Of a stretch of 64,000 nucleotides of DNA, positions 35,612-44,550 are shown in pieces; positions within the stretch are counted from its first letter, which is position 1; each line of letters opens with the position of its first letter. A program made the position numbers and the translations under genes. This stretch comes from a virus (Duplodnaviria > Caudoviricetes), in the IMG/VR virus record IMGVR_UViG_3300017648_000198, positions 1,732-65,731 of that record. One strand, 5' to 3'. The notes under the pieces were generated by a model. That model was not told where the DNA came from. It saw nothing but the letters and a program-made list of their open reading frames with translations, and did no database searches.

Positions 35612-37097
35612 TTATATAGAATTATTTTCCGGAGTGGGTGGCTTTCGTATGGCGCTTGATGAGTTAGGCGGTCATTGCGTATTTGCGTCAGAGATCGATA
35701 AGTACGCACAGCAATCGTATAAAGCGATATACGGCGATAGTGGCGAATTGCACGGTGATATTACGAAGATTGCGGCGGCAGACATTCCGGATCATGACGT
35801 ATTGGTTGGCGGATTTCCGTGCCAGGCGTTCAGCGTCGCCGGCCAACGTAAAGGATTCGAAGATACGCGAGGCACATTATTCTTCGAAATCGCACGGATT
35901 GCAGATGCGAAGCGTCCGCGCCTACTACTGTTGGAGAACGTTAAAGGGCTGTTATCGCACGATGGCGGTAATACGTTCGAAGTGATGTGCCGTACACTAA
36001 ACGAAATCGGCTACGCAATCGATTTCCGCGTGCTTAATTCGAAATATTTCGGAGTACCGCAGAATCGTGAGCGTATCTTTATCGTAGCTGACCGAGACGC
36101 CGTGCATGAGCCGTGGGCTGACGTTAAGGGTAACGATGTTGTAACGAAGGCTAAACGCAAGGCTAACGCTTGGGGCGTCCGTTCGTTTAACTTCGAATGG
36201 CCGGCGGAGGGCGACGTAACGGTGCGATTGCGTGATGTACTAGAGCCGGCGGTCGACGAGAAATATTACCTTTCCGAGGATAAGACGGCAAAGTTGTTGG
36301 CGCAACTGAACACATCAGAGCCACAAGTTCTTCGTCCGGTTCGTACGGAATACGGAAAAGAGATTCGCAAACAGTACGAGGCTGGGGATATTCAAGAGAG
36401 CCGCCATAATATGACGGAGTTAAGACCACGTGAGGACGGTATAAGTAATACAATAACGACCGTAGAGAAAGATAACTTACTAGCAGTACCGGTCGTTATT
36501 GGTTCACTCGATCATTACGGAAACGATCAGATGAATCGCGTATATTCCGTGGAAGGCGTTTCTCCTACGATTACAGTCGTTAGCGGCGGCGGTAGGGAGC
36601 AGAAGATTGCGGAGCCTCAAATAGATAAAGTCGGGCATCTTCCGTCAGATAGTGGACAAACCGGCGCGGTATACAGTGCCGACGGAATAGCTCCCACATG
36701 CTTAAACCAGCATGGCAATGCTGTTACTAAAATTACGGAGCCTCGTCTAGAAATAATAGGGCATAGTGGGAGTGTGGGTCAAAAGGGACACATTTATCAT
36801 TCAAACGGTTTGGCTAGCTGTTTAACCGCAACCGACTATAAACAACCGAAGCAAATCGCAGTAAGAGAACACTTAAAATATCGTATCCGCAAGCTTACGC
36901 CGCTCGAATGCTGGCGATTACAAGGCTTTCCGGACGCAGCGCACGAAACAGCGAAGCTCGCCGGCGTATCGGACTCACAACGTTATAAACAGGCGGGAAA
37001 TGCGGTAACGGTTAACGTAATCAGCGCAATAGGCAAGCGTATGATTGCGAGACTAGGCGAATCCGAACGGAGTGAGGCGGTGGTCGCCGTTGGGTAA
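35598..37097 (+). CDS. C5-cytosine DNA methyltransferase, multispecific SPR/phi3T type
   Basis: FSGVGG, GFPCQAFS, ENVKG, PQNRER, RKLTPLEC.RLQGF, YKQAGNAV; four tandem TRD-like modules. Confidence 0.92.
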   Translation: MDPFNYIELFSGVGGFRMALDELGGHCVFASEIDKYAQQSYKAIYGDSGELHGDITKIAAADIPDHDVLVGGFPCQAFSVAGQRKGFEDTRGTLFFEIARIADAKRPRLLLLENVKGLLSHDGGNTFEVMCRTLNEIGYAIDFRVLNSKYFGVPQNRERIFIVADRDAVHEPWADVKGNDVVTKAKRKANAWGVRSFNFEWPAEGDVTVRLRDVLEPAVDEKYYLSEDKTAKLLAQLNTSEPQVLRPVRTEYGKEIRKQYEAGDIQESRHNMTELRPREDGISNTITTVEKDNLLAVPVVIGSLDHYGNDQMNRVYSVEGVSPTITVVSGGGREQKIAEPQIDKVGHLPSDSGQTGAVYSADGIAPTCLNQHGNAVTKITEPRLEIIGHSGSVGQKGHIYHSNGLASCLTATDYKQPKQIAVREHLKYRIRKLTPLECWRLQGFPDAAHETAKLAGVSDSQRYKQAGNAVTVNVISAIGKRMIARLGESERSEAVVAVG

Positions 37098-38340
37098 AGC
37101 GTCAAGGCAACGATGGGAAGGCAACGTCCGCTCGATGGCGATTGTTGCGAAGCCGGACGATCAGATTACGGAAGATGACCGTCAATTTCTCCGCGAGAAT
37201 TATACGTCGACGGGCGGGCTGCTGCCGAACGCATACGCCGGTGGAGCGTTCTATACGCCAACACACGTCGCGCGCTTCGTAATCGAAGTTTTACGCGGAA
37301 TAACCGGCGAGTTTCCGGAGGATTCGAAATGGCTCGAACCGTCGGCCGGCAGCGGCGTATTCATCGAACATATTCCGCCGGATCACGAAATCACCGCGCT
37401 AGAACTGGACGTAACTTCGGCAAGAGTAACGTCCCTACTATATCCGCACGTAAACGTAGAGAACGTCGACGCATTAACGCACAGCCGGCGCGATTATTAC
37501 GATTTTGTTATCGGCAATCCTCCGTACGGCGTTAATCTCGATGTGGCCGCCGAGGACGTGCCGGATCCGTACGTAACGTTATCGAAGAAAAAGGGCGGCC
37601 GGCTCGGCGGTAAATCGGAATTAGCGTTTATCGAGTTAGCGGTCAAAGCTGCGAAAGTTGGCGGATACATTGCGTTCGTGCTTCCGCTCGGGATTAGCTA
37701 TGCGGGAACCGCCGAGAAGGTTCGTACGTTGCTCCACGAAAACTGCTGGCACGTCGCTACTATCGGATTGCCCGGCGAGACGTTCGCATTAACCGGCACA
37801 ACGATAGAGACGCAGATTCTAATCGTAAGGAAAGCTCCGCCAGGCCTTCCGCTAATTGAACCGGCCGTCAAACGTTGGGGATCGAGCCGCGGAGGTAGTT
37901 ATGGCGATATATCCGATTGGAACGCTCGATTCCTTCCGGGGCAACCTCCGGCATACTTCGCCAAGGTAACGGATATCGGATTCGATAAAGATGGGCGACG
38001 TACGAAGGATAAATGGGGCGACGAAACGGATCAATTAGCGGACTTACTCGAAGATTGGACGGACGGCGGTCTCGTACGTGAAAACTTGTATCCGCACGTT
38101 CCTTCGTGGACAGGCGTTAAGCAGCCGACCGCTTTCATGTTCCAACACGGCAACGGAACATCAGACGGTTGTCACGATGCCGAGCGTACGTATGGCGAAT
38201 GGACGGCGCGTCGTTGGCAGGAGTTAACGTTGGGCGCCGGTCATGAAATCAAATGCCCAATAACGGGCATTGAATATAGTTCGTGGGTTGGCGACTGCGA
38301 ACGGTGGCAGGCGGATTTGATAAGCAGATATTACGAATAG
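37090..38340 (+). CDS. N6-adenine DNA methyltransferase
   Basis: FYTP, LEPSAGSG.F, IGNPPY, FIELA. Confidence 0.85.
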   Translation: MGKASRQRWEGNVRSMAIVAKPDDQITEDDRQFLRENYTSTGGLLPNAYAGGAFYTPTHVARFVIEVLRGITGEFPEDSKWLEPSAGSGVFIEHIPPDHEITALELDVTSARVTSLLYPHVNVENVDALTHSRRDYYDFVIGNPPYGVNLDVAAEDVPDPYVTLSKKKGGRLGGKSELAFIELAVKAAKVGGYIAFVLPLGISYAGTAEKVRTLLHENCWHVATIGLPGETFALTGTTIETQILIVRKAPPGLPLIEPAVKRWGSSRGGSYGDISDWNARFLPGQPPAYFAKVTDIGFDKDGRRTKDKWGDETDQLADLLEDWTDGGLVRENLYPHVPSWTGVKQPTAFMFQHGNGTSDGCHDAERTYGEWTARRWQELTLGAGHEIKCPITGIEYSSWVGDCERWQADLISRYYE

Positions 38341-38377
38341 GCAACGTAATATCTCGACTATAACGGAGGTGTAGCGT

Positions 38378-38785
38378 ATGGAAGGCTTGTATATTCGCGC
38401 ATTCATCGATAAGAAGGCGGAAATAACACGCGACGAGGCGGACGCACTATTACGCTGGCTCCACGAATATCCGGACGTATACAAGCGTGAGGAACGTATA
38501 GCGGTGGTCACGGCGTATATCGAGCGCCTTAATCGTAAAGCAGCCGCCGACGCCGCGTACGAAGCCGGCTGGATTGCGAAGGCTCGCGAAATCAACGCAA
38601 TTAAGCGTGAATGGGCGGATATGGGCGCTACGTGTGCGGAAACTTACGATTGTGGCGTCGGCTATACGGATTGGACGTTTCCGGACGGGCGTAAATTCCG
38701 TTGGTGGTCGTACGAAACGATCGACGAGACACTCGCTAATATGCGAAAGTTTAACGATGAATTAACGAAAGGAGCAACGGTATGA
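38378..38785 (+). CDS. Hypothetical protein
   Basis: SD GGAGG. Confidence 0.7.
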   Translation: MEGLYIRAFIDKKAEITRDEADALLRWLHEYPDVYKREERIAVVTAYIERLNRKAAADAAYEAGWIAKAREINAIKREWADMGATCAETYDCGVGYTDWTFPDGRKFRWWSYETIDETLANMRKFNDELTKGATV

Positions 38786-39135
38786 AAATCGAAAAGTTTC
38801 CGGTAATTGCGCCGGACGGGACGGAGTATCGCGTTACGATTACGGAAGATTACGACCGTTTCCTCGATTGGTGGTGTTACAAATTTACGGTATACTCCGA
38901 ACGAAAGGGGCGCAAGTGGTTCCGCTTCAAGAAACTACGGGAGTATTCGTATAGAGCAAGCGAAGAGGGTGCGCGCGCTGTTGGGAATTGGTACGTAGAT
39001 GTCGCGCAAAGTACGTTACTGCAGTACATTGACGAAATCAACGCTAAACGTCAAGAAACGGAAGGGGTGGCGGCTGCGCTCGAAGCCTTCCGCCAATGGG
39101 ACGGAAAAATAAACGAAAATCAAACGGAGGTGTAA
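38782..39135 (+). CDS. Hypothetical protein
   Basis: SD AAAGGAG. Confidence 0.7.
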   Translation: MKIEKFPVIAPDGTEYRVTITEDYDRFLDWWCYKFTVYSERKGRKWFRFKKLREYSYRASEEGARAVGNWYVDVAQSTLLQYIDEINAKRQETEGVAAALEAFRQWDGKINENQTEV

Positions 39136-39138
39136 CGT

Positions 39139-39525
39139 ATGGGACACGTTAAGATCGACACGCACGCAAAGGAACGTACTTATACGGAAAGCTACGCATT
39201 ATCGACGCCGGCGGGCGTTAAGAAGCTACTACGCGACCGGCACCACATTGCGTCTAGGCGTTATAAAGGCGATACAGCGGCATCGGACATACTCATCGAT
39301 TTACACAGCGCTATTAACTCGGCGGGGCTTACGGACAGACAAACGGAGGCTGTCGCATGGGTTTACGGTGTTGACGTTACTCAATCGAAGGCGGCCGCAA
39401 TTATGGGGATATCGCAGCAAGCAGTAGAATCGCTGCTATCTGCAGCAATAATACGCATTTCGGACGTATATAAACGATGGAATTACGAAGACATAACGGT
39501 GGTATACGAAAAGGAGGCGGTATAG
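39139..39525 (+). CDS. Sigma-70 region-4-like HTH regulator (candidate late activator)
   Basis: LTDRQ.EAV..VY..D.TQ..AA.IMGISQQAV. Confidence 0.75.
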   Translation: MGHVKIDTHAKERTYTESYALSTPAGVKKLLRDRHHIASRRYKGDTAASDILIDLHSAINSAGLTDRQTEAVAWVYGVDVTQSKAAAIMGISQQAVESLLSAAIIRISDVYKRWNYEDITVVYEKEAV

Positions 39526-39526
39526 T

Positions 39527-39847
39527 TTGAAGAGTGAGCTTGCGGTGCTGTGTGTGGAACAGGTCATAGATATGTCCGAATGGTCGAGTGGAATTGTGTT
39601 AACGCCATTGACGTTTGATGCGACGGAGATTACCGTAGGGGACATAGCATTTATGTTAGTTAGACGCGAAGCAAAGGACGGGGAGTTAATCCTCGTCCCC
39701 GACAAAAAAAGCACAACAACCGGTCATGTTTACAAGGTCAAAGGACTTCACAACTGGCATAACATGGACGTGATCGTTGAGGGACGTGGTGTGCCGATTA
39801 AAAGTGGTAGTTACTACGTACTAAAACCCATCAAGGGAGGTATCTAA
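39527..39847 (+). CDS. Hypothetical protein
   Basis: TTG after AAGGAGG; VRREAKDGELIL module. Confidence 0.6.
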   Translation: MKSELAVLCVEQVIDMSEWSSGIVLTPLTFDATEITVGDIAFMLVRREAKDGELILVPDKKSTTTGHVYKVKGLHNWHNMDVIVEGRGVPIKSGSYYVLKPIKGGI

Positions 39848-40482
39848 TGAACTATACACAAAAGGCGTCAGAAGCGGTTTCTTTGTTTGAATCTGCACTA
39901 AGGACTGTTGACAAATTAATTTGTATAGATAACGTACTATACGACATTTCTGAACCTAAAAATAGTATCCCTTTAATAGAACGTGTTGCAAATGAATACC
40001 GCGATGCTCACGCAGAATTTAATCAACGCAGAATCGACGCTTGGAGGACGAAAGGTTGCAGGGGAGAGCGCCCTTCGTCAGTTAGCATGAATACCGTGCT
40101 TCTAGACAGAATGTCTGACGTTATACTAGACAAATGGCTTCGCGACGACACGCCGTACAAAGGACGTGACGAAGAATACCCGTTTCTTAGTGAGCGTCAA
40201 TTAGAACGGAGGCGTTCAAAGGAAGTTCCATTATCTTTTTTAGCGGATACGCTTGATTTAGACGGTGTGGATCGACGTAAACCTACTCGTCGGATTAAGA
40301 GTAAACGAGAAAAAGCATACTTAGACCGTAAAACAAAAAGTAGGAATCGAGAACGTAAACGCGCACACGAAGAATTTAAGTCGGGAAAAGGTTGTGGAGT
40401 ATTTACCGTTGATATAAAAACAGGCGATATTACATTAAGGAATGCAAAAATATTTAGAGAAATATATAAAACAGCCTTGTAA
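39847..40482 (+). CDS. Hypothetical phage protein
   Basis: SD GGGAGG; EYPFLSERQLERRR motif. Confidence 0.7.
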   Translation: MNYTQKASEAVSLFESALRTVDKLICIDNVLYDISEPKNSIPLIERVANEYRDAHAEFNQRRIDAWRTKGCRGERPSSVSMNTVLLDRMSDVILDKWLRDDTPYKGRDEEYPFLSERQLERRRSKEVPLSFLADTLDLDGVDRRKPTRRIKSKREKAYLDRKTKSRNRERKRAHEEFKSGKGCGVFTVDIKTGDITLRNAKIFREIYKTAL

Positions 40483-40567
40483 AAGTCGCTCCGAATAGGT
40501 AATACACTATGAACGGGAGTATGCGCAAATTACAATACTTCCGTTTATTTTTCGTTAGGAGGTCGTT

Positions 40568-41083
40568 ATGTCAACGATTGTTAATACGGAAACCGGCGAA
40601 GTTATTGACGAAGTGTCGACGAAACGTTTCCGCAACAATACGGACGCCGAACAGACGGTCGTTATGACGGTAAAGGCCGGCGAGCAAGTTAACGTAAACA
40701 GGCCGCGGAAATTCGTTAAGTCGGCGGAGTTTACGATGGTATTCCACGGTAGCACGCGCGAGTTAGTCCGGTCGAAAACGTTGACTGACGACGAGAAATC
40801 GTTGCTGTTTTCGTTACTCGTCTATCTCGATTACGATCAATACGTAAAAGACGAGGAATCGTTCTTTTTTAACGTTATACGGGCGGCTGAGCTAATGGGA
40901 TGGAGCCGGGCACGCTGCGGTCGTGTACTCGAAAGCCTTCGGAAAAAGCGAATACTCGGTACGACGATGATAGGCCGGGCGAAATACTATATGCTGAATC
41001 CGCGGTTCATCTATCGCGGCGATACGGCAGGACTGGCGTCGGCTGTACGATTATTCGAGCAATCTGCGGAAGATAGCGAGTAG
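40568..41083 (+). CDS. RepL-like replication/maintenance wHTH protein
   Basis: F.MVF...LVYLDY....AELMG.SR...RVLESL.KK......G...YMLNPRFIYRG. Confidence 0.7.
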   Translation: MSTIVNTETGEVIDEVSTKRFRNNTDAEQTVVMTVKAGEQVNVNRPRKFVKSAEFTMVFHGSTRELVRSKTLTDDEKSLLFSLLVYLDYDQYVKDEESFFFNVIRAAELMGWSRARCGRVLESLRKKRILGTTMIGRAKYYMLNPRFIYRGDTAGLASAVRLFEQSAEDSE

Positions 41084-41119
41084 TGTTCGTATGGATACGA
41101 ATTTCCAGCCGTTTCCAAT

Positions 41120-41160
41120 ATGTAACGCTAGCGTTACATTAACGTAATGCTAGCGTTACA
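41120..41160. repeat. Tandem palindromes
   Basis: Perfect 20-bp ATGTAACGCTAGCGTTACAT plus an imperfect copy GTAATGCTAGCGTTAC. Confidence 0.85.
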
Positions 41161-41246
41161 CTAGAATCGCCGAGAACCCGCGTGGTTACGGGATTTCGGG
41201 TACTTTTCCCTTCTTATCCCGTAAAACAACGAAAGGAGATACGAAT

Positions 41247-41432
41247 ATGATCGCATGGGTTAACGGAAGGATGGTCGTTGGTAGTCCGGAGGAAATAGCG
41301 GAATATGAACGATTGTCTATCGAAAACAATTCCGGTAAATATATACCGCTAGATTTCGATGATTGGCGTTATAGAAACGTAGATACAGGTATCGAGTATC
41401 TACGGTATTGTCCGGAGTGTAACGAGCAATAG
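41247..41432 (+). CDS. Small hypothetical protein
   Basis: SD AAAGGAG; C-terminal CPEC. Confidence 0.55.
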   Translation: MIAWVNGRMVVGSPEEIAEYERLSIENNSGKYIPLDFDDWRYRNVDTGIEYLRYCPECNEQ

Positions 41433-41524
41433 CGGATGGCTTCGCCTATAAAACCTATCAGTTAATATCTACTACGTATCTATTAACTGAACGTTATACG
41501 AATAAATAATAATAATAATATAGT

Positions 41525-41560
41525 CCGGTCTAGGCGAAAGCCTGGGCCGGTATTTGTTTA
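41525..41560 (+). terminator. Intrinsic terminator
   Basis: CCGGTCTAGGC-GAAA-GCCTGGGCCGG followed by TATTTGTTT. Confidence 0.65.
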
Positions 41561-42301
41561 TAAGGGAATCGAAGATTCCTCGACTATTCCCGTTCAGTCA
41601 TATTGACTGTTCGTGAATAAACGTTATACACCTCGCAGATATAACGAATGCCTAACGTTATATCCTTCGTATAAGCCGATCCGTATCCACCAACGTAACC
41701 TATCGATACTATTCGTTGCTATTATATGTAGCGTTGCACTGGCGGTAGTTTACGTTAGGTTACGGAGATAAGGGAAACGGAACGTATAGAGGCGAGTACG
41801 TCCGTATGGTTAACGTCTATACCGACGATACACGTGCTGGACGGCGCTGACCGGAAGCCCTTCGGAAACTCACGGGGTCAGCCGCAGCCGGCCGCCTAAT
41901 TCCGCCTATTTCGTTTGTACTATTACGCATATTTACGTTGGATCGGTGATTTACGGATATTGACGTATGGGAGCGAAGGGGCTACGAATGGCGTAACGGT
42001 GCGGTTTCGCGGGGATTCGGAGGGTGCGGGTACTATTACATAAATGTCGTGTTTTGTTCATTAGTAGTGTATTAGTACGGTAACACACCGAGTGATTTTC
42101 GTAACCCCCCAACGAGTATGTGTGACAGGGGTTCGGTAGCTGTTCAGAATTTGCGTATAAAATTTTAATCTCGGGAGGTATACGTTGCTACACGATAACC
42201 TTCCGTATACACATATGGTTTTACACGTTGCGGACACGGCAAAATACCCGTCCTAGTGGCGGAATAGTATAAACACACTATAACGAAGGAGGAACGCTAA
42301 T

Positions 42302-42760
42302 ATGACGCCAAAACAACGGGAGAAACTAGCGGCGAAATTGGACGGGCGGCAACGGGCGGCGGCGCTCGCATGTGTCGAACGCGAATTTAGTCCGGAAGCC
42401 GAGCGCAGGGGATTCGAAGACATTGCGAAGGAAGCCGGAGTTACACGCAATACACTGTACGAATGGCGGACGCAGAATCGAGCGTTTATCGAGTATATGA
42501 ACGCAATAGCCGACGATTATCTATCCGGTAAGCGGGCAATCGTATACAAACGTTTGATGCAGCTTATCGATAGCGGGCAGCCGTCCGTTAAGGCTATCGA
42601 CTTGTTTATGAAACGCGAAGGCTTAATCACGGCGAAAGCGGAAATTGACGTAACAGGCGGAAGCGCGGCGCCGAAATCGAACGAAGAGCTAGCGGCTGAA
42701 CTCGCCGAGCTGGACGATATCCTGGCGGATGTGGACGGTACTGACGGAGTTGATTCGTAA
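42302..42760 (+). CDS. terS: Terminase small subunit (HTH type)
   Basis: HTH EDIAKEAGVTRNTLYEWR; overlaps terL. Confidence 0.75.
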   Translation: MTPKQREKLAAKLDGRQRAAALACVEREFSPEAERRGFEDIAKEAGVTRNTLYEWRTQNRAFIEYMNAIADDYLSGKRAIVYKRLMQLIDSGQPSVKAIDLFMKREGLITAKAEIDVTGGSAAPKSNEELAAELAELDDILADVDGTDGVDS

Positions 42761-44517
42761 TGTACGTTGATGGGCGTTGGCTTGACCGGACGGAGCGTGG
42801 CGAGAGATTAACGTTACTCCGCGACCGTGCGGATAAGCTACGTAAGCTAATCCAAGCGAAGCTCGGCACGGAATATCACGTCGAACAATATCGCGAGACG
42901 GTAGCGGAGTTGAAACGTGCCGTCCGTATCCATAAAGCGGAAAACGACGTTGCTTATTTTACGTACGAATACCTTTCCGACGGCGGCAACGCAGATAACG
43001 AAGATAATATTATCCGACACGCCGATGATGGTACTTTACACGATCCACTCGACCGCATCGCGCCGATTCACCGGGAATTTTTCGACTTATGTGATTACGT
43101 AGATCACACGGAACGGAACGCCCGTTTAGCGATAGCCGCCGCAAGGGGACATTCGAAATCCGGTATGTTCTCGAATAGCTTTCCGCTGCATCAAGTGGTA
43201 TTCCGTAAACGCCGCTATATTCTCGTAATATCCGAAACCGATACGTTGAGTAAGAAGCTTATCGGATGGATCAACAAGCAATTGAAGTATAACGCTAAAC
43301 TCCGCGAGGACTTCGGCGAATTATTATACGAACGTAACAACCTTAACGAAAAGGACAATGAGGAAGCGTTTATTACGTCGAGTAATACGTTAGTCGAGGC
43401 GTCATCGTCCGGTAAACAACTCCGCGGTAAACGTCACGGTTCTTATCGTCCTGATCTCGTTATTGTCGATGACCCGTCGTCAACAAACAACGAAGGAACG
43501 AAGGAAGCCCGCGAAAAGCTAGTGCATTGGTTTAACTCGGTTGTCGTACCGATTGGTACAAAAAGCACCGCTATTATTCTCGTTGGTACGATGGTATCGG
43601 CAACCGGCCTACTTAATCACGTACTCAAACGTAAAGATTTCAAATCTTCGTTTCATGGTGCGGTCATATCGGAGCCAAGCAATCCGGCGTTGTGGGAGCA
43701 ATATCTCGAAATATACGGACGTTCCGACACAATGGCGGAAGTAGACGAGTTTTACGAAGCTAACCACGAACAACTCGAAGCCGGCGTGGAGCTTGCGTGG
43801 CCGTGGCGTTGGACATATCGGGCGTTAATGCACGAAAAGTTCAATATGGGAACACGCGCATACAATTCGGAGTTTCGTAACTTGGCGTTTAGTGAAGACG
43901 AGCAGTTCTTCTTCCCGGACCAATACGCATATTACCGTTATGAATACGATGGCGGGCGGCGCTATATCCGTTATGGCGAATTACGAATACCAGTCGATGA
44001 ATTAACGATTAGCGGCGCGTGGGATATTGCGCTCGGTAAAAACGCACGAAGCTGTTATAACGCCGTATTAACCGTTGGTCGCTACGAAAAAACCGGACAC
44101 ATATTCGTGTTAGACGAGTACGCATCGAAAGAGCCGGCACACGTATACATCGACTTAATCGTCGAGAAAATGCGGGAGTGGCGCCATCATATATTTAGTG
44201 TCGAAACGATTAACGCTCAACACGAATTTTACCGTCAGTTACAAGAGGCGGCGCGGAAAGCAGGCGTAGCACGAACGCGTATTAACGATGTGAAGTCGTA
44301 TAAATCATCGAAAGAAGAACGTATCGAATCGTTAGAACCGCTATGCCATAATAAAACGTTAGTGTTTAACGAAGGGCACCGCATGTTACTCGATCAAATG
44401 GCGCAATACCCTCACGGCGACTTCGTGGATTCCGTGGATGCCCTTCAACTTGCGGTCGAACACGTATCGCGAGCGAAGAAAACAGTACGCAATAAACCGG
44501 CACTATTTTATAAATAA
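42760..44517 (+). CDS. terL: Terminase large subunit
   Basis: AARGHSKS, LRGKR, LVIVDD, VGT, AWDIA, SVET, HGDFVDSV. Confidence 0.92.
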   Translation: MYVDGRWLDRTERGERLTLLRDRADKLRKLIQAKLGTEYHVEQYRETVAELKRAVRIHKAENDVAYFTYEYLSDGGNADNEDNIIRHADDGTLHDPLDRIAPIHREFFDLCDYVDHTERNARLAIAAARGHSKSGMFSNSFPLHQVVFRKRRYILVISETDTLSKKLIGWINKQLKYNAKLREDFGELLYERNNLNEKDNEEAFITSSNTLVEASSSGKQLRGKRHGSYRPDLVIVDDPSSTNNEGTKEAREKLVHWFNSVVVPIGTKSTAIILVGTMVSATGLLNHVLKRKDFKSSFHGAVISEPSNPALWEQYLEIYGRSDTMAEVDEFYEANHEQLEAGVELAWPWRWTYRALMHEKFNMGTRAYNSEFRNLAFSEDEQFFFPDQYAYYRYEYDGGRRYIRYGELRIPVDELTISGAWDIALGKNARSCYNAVLTVGRYEKTGHIFVLDEYASKEPAHVYIDLIVEKMREWRHHIFSVETINAQHEFYRQLQEAARKAGVARTRINDVKSYKSSKEERIESLEPLCHNKTLVFNEGHRMLLDQMAQYPHGDFVDSVDALQLAVEHVSRAKKTVRNKPALFYK

Positions 44518-44550
44518 ACATTAGACGTAAGTCTGAAAGGAGGACGTTAA

